Below, one piece after another: positions 7,042-15,390 of a stretch of 28,383 bases of DNA. The notes under the pieces are model-generated. The model had not been told where the DNA came from. It searched no databases and saw nothing but the letters and a program-made list of their open reading frames with translations. Both the position numbers and the translations under genes were made by a program. Source of the DNA: a virus. The first letter of the stretch is position 1, and each line of letters begins with the position of its first letter. Where the stretch lies: UHGV virus genome UHGV-0136520; one strand, written 5' to 3'.

Positions 7042-7593
7042 GTGGGTAACGAACCTATTTGGAAAGTCGAGCGTCAGCCTTCCTGGCTGGTGGTAGCGAT
7101 TAAAAAAACGATTACCGATCTGCCTGGTGGATATGCTGAGGCGGCGGAATGGTTGGGCGTGACAGAGAACGCATTGTTTAACCGCCTTCGTGTTGACGGC
7201 GACCAGATCTTCCCACTGGGCTGGGCAATGGTTTTACAACGTGCTGGTGGTTCAACTCATATAGCTGATGCTGTCGCGCGCCATTCTCAGGGCGTATTTG
7301 TACCGCTGGCAGACGTTGATGATCTGGATAACGCCGATATAAACCAGCGCCTGATGGAGTCCATTGAATGGATAGGTCGTCATTCTAATTTTGTACGTAA
7401 AGCCACGGCTGATGGGGTAATTGACGCAGATGAGCGTGCTCAGATTGAGGAAAACAGCTATCAGGTTATCGCGAAGTTCCAGGAGCACGTAACGCTTCTT
7501 TATCGAGTTTTTTGTGTCGCTGAAAAGAGTGACGCCCGCGAGTGTGCAGCTCCGGGCGCCTTGGCGAACAACTCTTCGAGTATGGAGAAATAA
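7042..7593 (+). CDS. CII-like regulatory protein (phage CII/CP76-type), 183 aa
   Basis: Second gene of the rightward operon. Start placed at GTG 7042, 5 nt after AAGGGG, because the longer track ORF (from 6826) would fully overlap the cro-like gene. Family assignment is from memory and uncertain. Confidence 0.4.
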   Translation: MGNEPIWKVERQPSWLVVAIKKTITDLPGGYAEAAEWLGVTENALFNRLRVDGDQIFPLGWAMVLQRAGGSTHIADAVARHSQGVFVPLADVDDLDNADINQRLMESIEWIGRHSNFVRKATADGVIDADERAQIEENSYQVIAKFQEHVTLLYRVFCVAEKSDARECAAPGALANNSSSMEK

Positions 7594-7765
7594 TCCGCAT
7601 GAGCAGTTTAACGGCTTTTAACCGTCTACCGCAACTAAGGATGATCCCGGTTTCGGGTACTCCGTTGTTTCGGTATGAACGCAGATTATCAAACCGCTGG
7701 GTTCCGTGTAACCACAGTAGGGCGGTTTCAATTGTGGGGGTCTACAACCGGAGGGCAAAACGCCT

Positions 7766-7945
7766 GTGCGCGAACTTAACCGAAGGTTCAAAGACCACCG
7801 CGGAGTGCAAGTCCGTGTTATCCGCTGGGAGCCAGAAACACAGCGCGTTATCTATCTGCGTGATGGCTACCCACACGAATGCTTCAGCCCACTTGAGCAT
7901 TTCAGGCAAAAGTTCAGGGAGATAACGGACGATCATGAGCACTAA
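7766..7945 (+). CDS. Small hypothetical protein, 59 aa, absent from ORF track
   Basis: GTG start 7766 preceded by GGAGGG. Product MRELNRRFKDHRGVQVRVIRWEPETQRVIYLRDGYPHECFSPLEHFRQKFREITDDHEH. Its stop overlaps the start of the replication gene by 11 nt. Preferred over the low-complexity 127-aa track ORF 7542-7925 in another frame, but both are uncertain. Confidence 0.25.
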   Translation: MRELNRRFKDHRGVQVRVIRWEPETQRVIYLRDGYPHECFSPLEHFRQKFREITDDHEH

Positions 7946-8792
7946 ATTAACCGGCTACGTATGGGATGGTTGCGCGGCGTCGGGCATGAAGTTGTCTAGT
8001 GTCGCGATCATGGCTCGCCTCGCTGATTTCAGCAGCGATGAGGGAGTGTGCTGGCCGTCCATTGAAACTATTGCTCGCCAGCTTGGCGCAGGGCCTAGCA
8101 CGATCAGAACGGCAATCGCAAAGCTTGAAAAAGATGGCTGGCTCACGCGTACACAGCGCCGTAATGGTAACCGTAATGCGTCGAACGTGTACCGCCTGAA
8201 TGTGGCGAAACTTCAGGCTGCCGCATTTTCTCAACTGTCAGATTCTGACACGTCAAAATCTGACGCATCAAAATTTGACGCCTCAAAAACTGACCCGTCG
8301 AAATCCGTCAAAAACGGCGGTTTTGACCCGTCAGAATCTGGCGGGGATCCGTCAGTAAAATCAAAACAAGATCCACAAGTAACTTCAAAACCCTCTTGTC
8401 CGGTTGCGGCGCAACCAGACCCTGAAGTCGTGATTACTGATCAGGCAATTTTGGTTCTGACCCATTTGAACCAGATCAGCGGATCCCGGTATCAGAAATC
8501 CAAAACATCCCTAGAGAACATCCGTGCCCGACTGCGTGAGGGATACAGCGTTGCAGACCTGCAACTGGTTATCGACCTGAAGCATGAGCACTGGCACGAG
8601 AACGACGAGCAGTACCAGTACATGCGCCCGGAAACGCTGTTCGGCCCGAAGAAATTCGAGAGCTATCTGCAAAGCGCTACCCGCTGGGAGCAGAAGGGAC
8701 GGCCTAAACGCGCTGACTGGGGTGCGAAAAAGCGCGATGTGATGGCTTTTGGTCCGGTTGATACAACGATTCCAGAGGGGTTCAGAGGATGA
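7935..8792 (+). CDS. Replication initiator protein (O-like; N-terminal HTH, conserved phage C-terminal domain), 285 aa
   Basis: N-terminal winged-HTH-like region. Central region carries DNA iterons. C-terminal region resembles the conserved C-terminus of phage replication proteins. Position matches lambda O. Confidence 0.6.
   Translation: MSTKLTGYVWDGCAASGMKLSSVAIMARLADFSSDEGVCWPSIETIARQLGAGPSTIRTAIAKLEKDGWLTRTQRRNGNRNASNVYRLNVAKLQAAAFSQLSDSDTSKSDASKFDASKTDPSKSVKNGGFDPSESGGDPSVKSKQDPQVTSKPSCPVAAQPDPEVVITDQAILVLTHLNQISGSRYQKSKTSLENIRARLREGYSVADLQLVIDLKHEHWHENDEQYQYMRPETLFGPKKFESYLQSATRWEQKGRPKRADWGAKKRDVMAFGPVDTTIPEGFRG
8246..8362. repeat. Origin-like iteron array inside the replication initiator gene
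   Basis: Tandem 15-bp direct repeats TGACACGTCAAAATC, TGACGCATCAAAATT, TGACGCCTCAAAAAC, TGACCCGTCGAAATC (8246-8305), then degenerate copies (CGTCAAAAAC, TGACCCGTCAGAATC, CGTCAGTAAAATC) and an A-rich stretch. Mirrors ori-lambda lying within O. Confidence 0.55.
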
Positions 8793-10108
8793 CGTTAAAC
8801 AAATATTGCCAGGCGTTGGCGGCACTACGCAGCCAACCAGCCCACGAATTGAGAGAAGTTGGCGATCAGTGGCGGACACCGGATCTGCTTTTCTGGGGTA
8901 TTAACGCGCTATTTGGGCCATTAGTTCTGGACTTGTTTGCTGACGACGACAACGCGAAGTGCCCGGCATGGTACACCGCCGAAGATAATGCGCTGACGCA
9001 GGACTGGTCTGAACGTCTTACAGAACTGGGTGGCGCCGGTTATGGCAACCCACCGTATAGCCGTTCGCAGTATCACGAGAAACAGGCGATCACCGGCATG
9101 ACGCACATCATGAACTACGCAGCAGCCCAGCGCGAGAAGGGCGGTCGCTATGTATTCCTGATAAAAGCCGCGCCGAGTGAAAAGTGGTGGCCCGAAGATG
9201 CCGATCACATTGTATTCATTCGCGGGCGCATTGGGTTCGATCTGCCTGTGTGGTTTGTACCTGCTGACGAAAAACAGAAGCCCACCAGCGCGTTTTTTGC
9301 CGGTGCTATAGCTGTATTCGATAAGTCATGGCGTGGTGAGCGGTTCAGCTATATCAACCGTACAGAACTGGAGGCAAAAGGGCGGGCGTTTATGACTTTG
9401 GCGCAATTTGCTGCCAGCAAGTCTCAACCTGCAACTGCCACACCATCTGTAGCTGACAAGCCAGAAGCAGAGTTGCCACTTACCCAGAAAGATATTTTTG
9501 ATATCAGCGGTGTCGAGGCGTGGGCATGCGTTAGAGCTGCGTTCGGCGATAAAGAAGAATACACATTCAGTGAATCGAAGTTTGGGCATACCTGGGCGGC
9601 GGATTCTGTCGAAGCACCGGAATTCACTCAGGTATCACCATTAACGATCGACAAAGCGAAGCTGCTTATTCGTGAGAGTATTTTGTTCGGTGTGGATGAG
9701 TGGCTGTTGTCGATTGAATTCGATGACGCTGCTGCGCGCCTGGATATGTCGGAACGTATTCGGACTGTTGCCCTTGAAGCATCTGGTGAATATGGCATGA
9801 ACAGTACTGATTTCATTGCAGCTATGGGAAGCCTGGATGTTTCCAGTTGGTCCAATATTCGCCAGATCCGCATGCACATCCGTGAGAAAGCTAAACCAGT
9901 ATCGGATCCGCTTCCCGAGTCCCGTATCTGGCCGCTGGAGGTTGGAATTGTATTCGACCAGGTAGACGGCGCTGACATGCTGGATGAATCACAGCAGAAC
10001 AAGCTGAAAGCCAACATCAATCAACTCTGGCTGGAGCGGACTGCCACCAGCGAAATCATTACTGCTGCTTCTGAACTTGTTCGCAATATGCGGGGAGAGG
10101 CTGCGTGA
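8789..10108 (+). CDS. Phage DNA N6-adenine methyltransferase (Dam-type, NPPY motif) with an uncharacterised C-terminal extension of about 240 aa, 439 aa total
   Basis: N-terminal WRTPDLLF and catalytic GNPPYS motifs are typical of the phage Dam family. The C-terminal half has no motif I recognise. ATG overlaps the upstream stop (ATGA). Confidence 0.7.
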   Translation: MTLNKYCQALAALRSQPAHELREVGDQWRTPDLLFWGINALFGPLVLDLFADDDNAKCPAWYTAEDNALTQDWSERLTELGGAGYGNPPYSRSQYHEKQAITGMTHIMNYAAAQREKGGRYVFLIKAAPSEKWWPEDADHIVFIRGRIGFDLPVWFVPADEKQKPTSAFFAGAIAVFDKSWRGERFSYINRTELEAKGRAFMTLAQFAASKSQPATATPSVADKPEAELPLTQKDIFDISGVEAWACVRAAFGDKEEYTFSESKFGHTWAADSVEAPEFTQVSPLTIDKAKLLIRESILFGVDEWLLSIEFDDAAARLDMSERIRTVALEASGEYGMNSTDFIAAMGSLDVSSWSNIRQIRMHIREKAKPVSDPLPESRIWPLEVGIVFDQVDGADMLDESQQNKLKANINQLWLERTATSEIITAASELVRNMRGEAA

Positions 10109-10491
10109 AACTGGTCCTGCCTTTTCCTCCGAGCGTGAATACTTACTGGCGCGCCCCTAACAAGGGGCCGCTGGCCGGTCGTCACCTCATTAGCGCTGAT
10201 GGCCGTAAATACCAAAGCGCTGCCTGCGTGGCGATCATTGAGCAATTACGACGTCTCCCGAAGCCATCGACTGAACTGGCAGCGGTAGAAATCACTCTGT
10301 ACCCGCCGGATGCGCGCCGCCGGGATATCGATAATTACAACAAAGCCCTGTTTGACGCGCTGACGCATGCGGGTGTCTGGGAAGACGACAGCCAGATTAA
10401 GCGCATGCTGGTGGAATGGGGACCCGTTGTGCCGAAAGGTCGGGTAGAGATAACGATCAGCAGATATGAACCGGCGGGTGCAGCCGCCTGA
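10105..10491 (+). CDS. rusA: RusA-family Holliday junction resolvase, 128 aa
   Basis: Matches the RusA pattern (PPSVNTYWR ... RRRDIDNYNKALFDALTHAGVWEDDSQI) with catalytic Asp residues. GTG start overlaps the methyltransferase stop. Confidence 0.8.
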   Translation: MKLVLPFPPSVNTYWRAPNKGPLAGRHLISADGRKYQSAACVAIIEQLRRLPKPSTELAAVEITLYPPDARRRDIDNYNKALFDALTHAGVWEDDSQIKRMLVEWGPVVPKGRVEITISRYEPAGAAA

Positions 10492-10504
10492 TATGGAGAA
10501 AAGT

Positions 10505-11188
10505 ATGAGCCAGTTAGCAACAACAGCATTAACCATGTCCAGCAGCGATATTGCTGAGCTGGTGGAATCACGACATGACCATGTTAAACGGTCCATTGAA
10601 CGCCTGGCAGAGCGCGGTGTTATTGAACTCCCCCCAATGGGGGAAGTTAAAAATCACCTCAATCAGTCGGTATCGGTTTATCTGATAGGGAAGCGGGACA
10701 GTTATATCGTTGTCGCGCAGCTGTCGCCGGAGTTTACCGCACGTCTGGTTGATCGCTGGCAGGAGCTTGAGCAGGCACAGCAGCAGACGATTCCTCAATC
10801 ATTCTCTGAAGCCCTACGTCTTGCAGCTGACCTTGCAGAACAAAAACAGCAGTTGACTAACGAACTGGCTGCCGCGGCGCCGAAGGTAGCGTTTGTTGAT
10901 CGGTACTGTACAGCCAGTGGGTCAATGTCATTCCGTCAGGTGGCAAAACTGCTTAAGGCCAAAGAGCCAGATCTGCGGTTATTCCTCCTTGAGAACGACA
11001 TCATGTATCGCCTTGGCGGAACGATGACCCCACGGCATCAGCATATTGATGCGGGCCGTTTTGAAGTGAAAACCGGTACATCCGTAACCTCAAATCATGC
11101 ATTCAGCCAGGCACGATTCACGGCGAAAGGCGTGCGCTGGATTGGTGGACTGTGGGCAGAACACATTGCCAGGGGGCAGGTCGCGTGA
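10505..11188 (+). CDS. Phage antirepressor-like protein (Rha-type N-terminus, KilA-C-type C-terminus), 227 aa
   Basis: N-terminal LTMSSSDIAELVESRHDHVKRSIERL resembles the Rha regulatory domain. C-terminal AFVDRYCTASGSMSFRQVAKLL...LGGTMTPRHQHIDAGRFEVKTG resembles the KilA-C antirepressor domain. ATG 10505 with GGAG upstream. Confidence 0.55.
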   Translation: MSQLATTALTMSSSDIAELVESRHDHVKRSIERLAERGVIELPPMGEVKNHLNQSVSVYLIGKRDSYIVVAQLSPEFTARLVDRWQELEQAQQQTIPQSFSEALRLAADLAEQKQQLTNELAAAAPKVAFVDRYCTASGSMSFRQVAKLLKAKEPDLRLFLLENDIMYRLGGTMTPRHQHIDAGRFEVKTGTSVTSNHAFSQARFTAKGVRWIGGLWAEHIARGQVA

Positions 11189-12180
11189 GAGCTCTGCTTA
11201 CCCCCGAGATCGCCCATCGTATGGGGATTGTGCTGTTCCGTCCCGGTGCGGAACTGATGCACCTCTTCATGCGTGGTCGCGTTCTGCTCGAGCCTGAACC
11301 AGAAGAAATGGCGTCATTCAGTACCGGGGCTGTTCCGGCAGCCATTCAGCCGCTGGCTGATGATCCGGTAATGCGTCAGGTCTTCGAGAATGAGAGGGTT
11401 ATTCAGCGTGCCGGTGGGCTTCCTTCCCTTGAGCAATGGTTGAGTAATCGGTTTGAATGCCAGTGGCCACATTCAACGTGGCACGACAAGAACTTCACAA
11501 CAATGCGGCACCCACCAGGAAGCATTCGCCTGTGCTGGCATTGCGATCACACTTTGTCGGGGCAGCATACCGAACAGCTTGCAGGTATAGCGGCCGGAAA
11601 CCTGGTATCCTGGATTCTGGAAGTCATTCGGCGTGATTCTGGTTTTCCCGAGTCTCATATCCTGACGCTTCCGGAACTGTGCTGGTGGATGGTCAGAAAC
11701 GACCTGGCTGATGTTATTCCGGAAAGCGTTGCGCACAAAGGGCTGCGCCTTCCGGATGAGAAGATCCGTTCTGTCATGAGGGAAAGCGACATAGTGCCTT
11801 CCTCGTCAGCAACCAGACTCGTGCAGGAGAAGGCGAAGAAGATCCTCACGCTCTCTGTTGATCCGGAGTCGCCAGAGTCTTTTATGCTCAGGCCAAAACG
11901 TCGCCGCTGGATAAATGAGACGTACACCCGCTGGGTTAAAACACAGCCCTGTGAGTGTTGCCGACGGCCAGCAGATGATCCGCACCATATCGTAGGGCAC
12001 GGTATGGGGGGGACAGCAACAAAAGCCCATGATCTCTTCGTGATCCCTCTGTGCAGAGAGTGCCACGATGAGTTACACGCCGATGTACTGGCATTCGAGC
12101 AGAAGCATGGTACGCAGCTTGAGCTGCTACTGCGTTTTATGGATCGGGCGCTGGCGATCGGCGTAATTGCGAAAGCTTAA
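11185..12180 (+). CDS. Cys/His-rich putative HNH-like nuclease-fold protein (DUF968-like), 331 aa
   Basis: C-terminal cluster PCECCRRP...HHIVGHGMGG...CRECHDELH suggests a zinc-binding HNH-like module. GTG start overlaps the antirepressor stop (GTGA). Family assignment is tentative. Confidence 0.45.
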   Translation: MRALLTPEIAHRMGIVLFRPGAELMHLFMRGRVLLEPEPEEMASFSTGAVPAAIQPLADDPVMRQVFENERVIQRAGGLPSLEQWLSNRFECQWPHSTWHDKNFTTMRHPPGSIRLCWHCDHTLSGQHTEQLAGIAAGNLVSWILEVIRRDSGFPESHILTLPELCWWMVRNDLADVIPESVAHKGLRLPDEKIRSVMRESDIVPSSSATRLVQEKAKKILTLSVDPESPESFMLRPKRRRWINETYTRWVKTQPCECCRRPADDPHHIVGHGMGGTATKAHDLFVIPLCRECHDELHADVLAFEQKHGTQLELLLRFMDRALAIGVIAKA

Positions 12181-12196
12181 GAAGTATGGAGACCGT

Positions 12197-13012
12197 ATGA
12201 ATCTGGACAATGTTTTAAAGTTTTTTGCGCCTAAAGGCATGCACATATCAGATACCAGCAGAGCGACAGCCAGTGAACAACTGACGGTTACTGATGTAAT
12301 GGCTGCACTGGGGATGACTCAAGCCGATGCTGGGATCGGGCTGGCAATGTTTTTAGGTAAAGCTGGTATCAGCAGTCAGGACAGGGAGGCGTCAATAGCT
12401 TGGCTAACGGAGTACGCGAAAGAGCATGCGCCCACGGCCATTCGCAAAGCATCAGGGAAAAAGTTTCCCCTCTGCATGTGTATCCTTGCCCGGTTTGCCT
12501 ATAACGATTATTCCTCATCAGCAGCTGATAGCGTGGCATGCCCAAAATGTAGTGGTAAAGGGTTACTTACAACCACGAAAACCGTGACTAAAAGCCATTA
12601 CACGATGCGATTGCCGCAATGGGCTAAAGACCTGAGACAGTCACCATCTGACTTTGAGGTAAAGCGTGATGTAACTGACACTGATCAAACGTTATGCTCC
12701 CGCTGCCATGGCACCGGAAAGTTAAGTAAGCGATGCCAGTGCGGCGGCACAGGTAAGACGATTGACCGTAAAGCGACAGAACTGCAGGGTGTGCCAGTTT
12801 ATAAAGAATGTAAGCGCTGCGAAGGGCGGGGATACAGCCGGCCAAAATCATCGGTTGCCTATCGAGGTATTTTTTCTGAGTTGCCGAGTTTGCCTGACCG
12901 AACGTGGCGTTATAGCTGGAAACCATTCTATGAAAGCCTGGTGACCAAATGCTTCCAGGAAGAGAGTTATTCAAACTCTCAATTGAACCGGGTGACAAAA
13001 GTGAAGATGTGA
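12197..13012 (+). CDS. Putative late-gene regulator (Q-like antiterminator by position) with four CxxCxGxG zinc-finger repeats, 271 aa
   Basis: Last gene before the late promoter/lysis cassette. Four DnaJ-type repeats: CPKCSGKG, CSRCHGTGK, CQCGGTGK, CKRCEGRG. ATG 12197 with GGAG 5 nt upstream. The functional call rests on position. Confidence 0.45.
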   Translation: MNLDNVLKFFAPKGMHISDTSRATASEQLTVTDVMAALGMTQADAGIGLAMFLGKAGISSQDREASIAWLTEYAKEHAPTAIRKASGKKFPLCMCILARFAYNDYSSSAADSVACPKCSGKGLLTTTKTVTKSHYTMRLPQWAKDLRQSPSDFEVKRDVTDTDQTLCSRCHGTGKLSKRCQCGGTGKTIDRKATELQGVPVYKECKRCEGRGYSRPKSSVAYRGIFSELPSLPDRTWRYSWKPFYESLVTKCFQEESYSNSQLNRVTKVKM

Positions 13013-13042
13013 TAAATATCGCGTGATTTAGCGTCATGATGT

Positions 13043-13097
13043 TTGCAATGTTGCCGTTTTTGTGTATATTTGACATTAACGATGGGCATTGTATGTT
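13043..13097 (+). promoter_or_regulatory. Candidate late promoter(s) (PR'-like)
   Basis: TTGCAA (13043-13048), 16-nt spacer, TATATT (13065-13070) preceded by TG. Overlapping second candidate TTGACA (13070-13075), 16-nt spacer, TATGTT (13092-13097). Read by eye only. Confidence 0.3.
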
Positions 13098-13107
13098 CAG
13101 AGTTAAG

Positions 13108-13131
13108 AAACCCGCCACCGAGCGGGTTTTT
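13108..13131 (+). terminator. Intrinsic terminator hairpin just downstream of the candidate late promoter
   Basis: AAACCCGC, loop CACCGA, GCGGGTTT followed by TTGCTTTCC. Confidence 0.45.
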
Positions 13132-13228
13132 GCTTTCCGGCGATACGACAGGGAAATTCGCGAGATGTATTGCGTTAGTTCCCCTATCACATCGTCGATC
13201 TGCAAACATCCACCAAAAGAAAACAAGG

Positions 13229-13252
13229 CCTCGCTACCAAGCGGGGTTTTTT
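13229..13252 (+). terminator. Strong intrinsic terminator (tR'-like) before the lysis genes
   Basis: 7-bp stem CCTCGCT/AGCGGGG with ACCA loop followed by TTTTTT. About 175 nt downstream of the candidate late promoter, comparable to the lambda 6S RNA arrangement. Confidence 0.6.
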
Positions 13253-13432
13253 CATATTCAGGGCTCGCTGACGGACGGCTCATAACCCAATCCGACAGGC
13301 GCTTGCGCAGAGCCCGCCACCTTTCAGGCTCACGGGAATCACTTACTACGTGCTTTGTTGATAAATCCAGCCCGTGAAGCCTGACCCTTTCATCACACAC
13401 ACAGCGCCATCCGAAAAATCGGAGGTGAGGCT

Positions 13433-13711
13433 ATGACCAGAATGAGCACCATTTACAGCAGACTTTCATATGGATCAGGAACCACGCTTGCCGGCTGCGG
13501 TGTATCAGCGAAGGCATATGCCGAAACAGCTAAAACAGCAAAAGAGGTGTCCTGGATGTTGGCCGACAGAATTGCAGGGTTAAGCCTGAGCGACTGGGCA
13601 ATTATTGTCGGTATCGCATGCACCGTTATTACCTGTGCAGTGAACTGGTATTTCCGCTGGAAAGAACGGGAGGATCGTCGCAATGGCTATGCCACCAAAG
13701 CTGAAGAATAA
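13433..13711 (+). CDS. Holin (two-TMD class, possibly pinholin-type) with dual-start motif, 92 aa
   Basis: SD GGAGGTGAGG precedes ATG 13433. N-terminus MTRM gives two Met starts separated by Arg (antiholin/holin dual start). Hydrophobic TMD WAIIVGIACTVITCAVNWYF and charged C-terminus. Overlaps the endolysin start. Confidence 0.6.
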   Translation: MTRMSTIYSRLSYGSGTTLAGCGVSAKAYAETAKTAKEVSWMLADRIAGLSLSDWAIIVGIACTVITCAVNWYFRWKEREDRRNGYATKAEE

Positions 13712-14231
13712 ACTGAGCGCAGCGGTCGTTGGTTTGATTCTTGCGGGGGCTTCTGCACCTGTGATTCTCGATCAGTTTCTTAATGAGAAAGAGGGTAATA
13801 GCCTTACGGCATACCGCGACGGTGGCGGACTCTGGACCATTTGCCGTGGCGCCACGATGGTTGATGGTAAGCCAGTAGTTCAGGGCATGAAGATGTCTTC
13901 TGAGAAATGCGCCCGGGTGAACGCCATAGAACGCGATAAGGCGCTGGTGTGGGTTGAGAGAAATATCAAGGTACCACTGACCGAACCACAGAAAGCCGGG
14001 ATTGCTTCTTTTTGCCCATATAACATCGGCCCGGGAAAATGTTTCCCGTCCACGTTCTATAAGCGAATTAATGCTGGTGACCGTATTGGCGCGTGTGAAG
14101 CGATCCGCTGGTGGATTAAAGACGGTGGCCGCGACTGTCGTCTGACCAAAGGCCAGAAAAACGGCTGCTATGGGCAAGTAGAACGGCGAGACCAGGAAAG
14201 CGCGCTGACGTGCTGGGGGATAGACCAGTGA
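13683..14231 (+). CDS. SAR endolysin (phage lysozyme with N-terminal signal-anchor-release domain), 182 aa
   Basis: N-terminal Gly/Ala-rich hydrophobic SAR segment [19 protein letters not shown], then lysozyme catalytic region ([10 protein letters not shown]...GLWTICRG) resembling phage 21 / P1 Lyz-type enzymes. Confidence 0.8.
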   Translation: MAMPPKLKNKLSAAVVGLILAGASAPVILDQFLNEKEGNSLTAYRDGGGLWTICRGATMVDGKPVVQGMKMSSEKCARVNAIERDKALVWVERNIKVPLTEPQKAGIASFCPYNIGPGKCFPSTFYKRINAGDRIGACEAIRWWIKDGGRDCRLTKGQKNGCYGQVERRDQESALTCWGIDQ

Positions 14232-14755
14232 GCCTGCGCTATCAGTTCATTGCCATTTCGGTGCTGGTGGCCGTCGCATTTATCGCCGGAAACGTATGGA
14301 GCAATCGCGGCTGGGAAAAGAAGTGGGCTGAACGTGACAGCGTGGAATCATCGCAAACAGCGAACGCCCAGACCGCCGCCCGCATGATCGAACAAGGGCG
14401 TATTATTGCCCGTGATGAGGCTGTAAAAGATGCACAAGCACAAGCCGCTAAATCTGCTGCCACTGCTGCTGGCCTGTCTGCCACTGTTAACCAGCTGCGC
14501 ACCGAAGCAACAAAGCTTGCCGCCCGCCTGGACGCCGCAAAGCACACCGCAAATCTTGCCGTTGCCGTCAGAAGCAAGACAGCCGGAGCCCATGCCAGAA
14601 TGCTCGCCGACATGCTCGGAAGTATTGCAGCAGAAGCTAAACGATATGCTGGAATCGCTGATGAGCGCTATGCCGCCGGGATGACGTGTGAACGCGTTTA
14701 TGACCAAGTGAGAGAGTCAAATAACAACATGGTTGACCACATAGTGAAGCGTTGA
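14228..14755 (+). CDS. Rz-like i-spanin, 175 aa
   Basis: GTG start overlaps the endolysin stop (GTGA). N-terminal TMD ([19 protein letters not shown]) followed by an Ala/Gln-rich coiled-coil-like periplasmic domain. Confidence 0.55.
   Translation: MSLRYQFIAISVLVAVAFIAGNVWSNRGWEKKWAERDSVESSQTANAQTAARMIEQGRIIARDEAVKDAQAQAAKSAATAAGLSATVNQLRTEATKLAARLDAAKHTANLAVAVRSKTAGAHARMLADMLGSIAAEAKRYAGIADERYAAGMTCERVYDQVRESNNNMVDHIVKR
14430..14684 (+). CDS. Rz1-like o-spanin lipoprotein embedded in the +1 frame of Rz, 84 aa
   Basis: Signal peptide with lipobox ([12 protein letters not shown]) followed by a proline-rich mature region. Lies entirely inside the Rz reading frame, the classic embedded spanin arrangement. 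Confidence 0.55.
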   Translation: MHKHKPLNLLPLLLACLPLLTSCAPKQQSLPPAWTPQSTPQILPLPSEARQPEPMPECSPTCSEVLQQKLNDMLESLMSAMPPG

Positions 14756-14795
14756 AAACTGGTATGATTAGGCTTCACTTTTCGGTGGTGGGATT

Positions 14796-15329
14796 ATGAG
14801 AAAAGAAATAACGGTAAGCAATGCTAAGCATGAGGCAGGTCATTGGATAACGGGTTGGATACTTGAAAAGGCAAGCGAGGACATAGTCATTGCCACAACC
14901 ATAGTGGGCGATTCATATTGTGGTCGTGCCCCTCATCCGGATTTTGTTGATTTACAACAAATTAACTTTCATCTGGGTAACCGGGTTATCAACTTACTCA
15001 GCGGAGCTATATCCGAAAGCCTTGTATGTGGAGAATTTAATCGTGAGATATATAAGCATCTCATTGGCGATTACAAAGGAGCATGGCCAGATTTTTTTAT
15101 GGCTTCTGAGTTGTTCCGCTACTATTACAGGTCGTTGCATTCCTCTGAACGAGGGTCATTTGAAGAAGAGTGGAATCTTCTAATTACGAAAGCTGAAAAA
15201 ATAATTAAGCAGCATGAAATGTTTATCAATCATGTAGCAAATGAAGCTATCCGACGCCTGTCCGTCGAACAATCACAAATAACATTGTCGCAAGTTGATG
15301 TGCTAGAAATATTAAAGAATAACTCGTGA
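14796..15329 (+). CDS. Hypothetical moron protein with N-terminal HExxH motif (putative zinc-metallopeptidase-like), 177 aa
   Basis: ATG 14796. Motif HEAGH at residues 12-16. The gene is visibly AT-rich compared with flanking phage genes (not computed). No family identified. Confidence 0.4.
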   Translation: MRKEITVSNAKHEAGHWITGWILEKASEDIVIATTIVGDSYCGRAPHPDFVDLQQINFHLGNRVINLLSGAISESLVCGEFNREIYKHLIGDYKGAWPDFFMASELFRYYYRSLHSSERGSFEEEWNLLITKAEKIIKQHEMFINHVANEAIRRLSVEQSQITLSQVDVLEILKNNS

Positions 15330-15390
15330 TGAACATTCACTGAATTCCTAGGATAATGTTATATATGCTACTCTAGAAAGCGGAGGGGCA

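Noticed and set aside
7542-7925. 127-aa plus-strand ORF between the CII-like gene and the replication gene
   Set aside because: Its Ser/Arg-rich low-complexity product and poor SD make it less plausible than the alternative 59-aa frame. Both remain uncertain.
9628-10020. 130-aa minus-strand ORF with a Ser-rich product
   Set aside because: It lies inside, and antisense to, the methyltransferase gene. Its composition is typical of a wrong-frame reading.
12624-13400. 258-aa minus-strand ORF
   Set aside because: It lies antisense to the Q-like gene and the late promoter/terminator region. It has no SD or synteny support and is probably an antisense shadow of the plus-strand gene.
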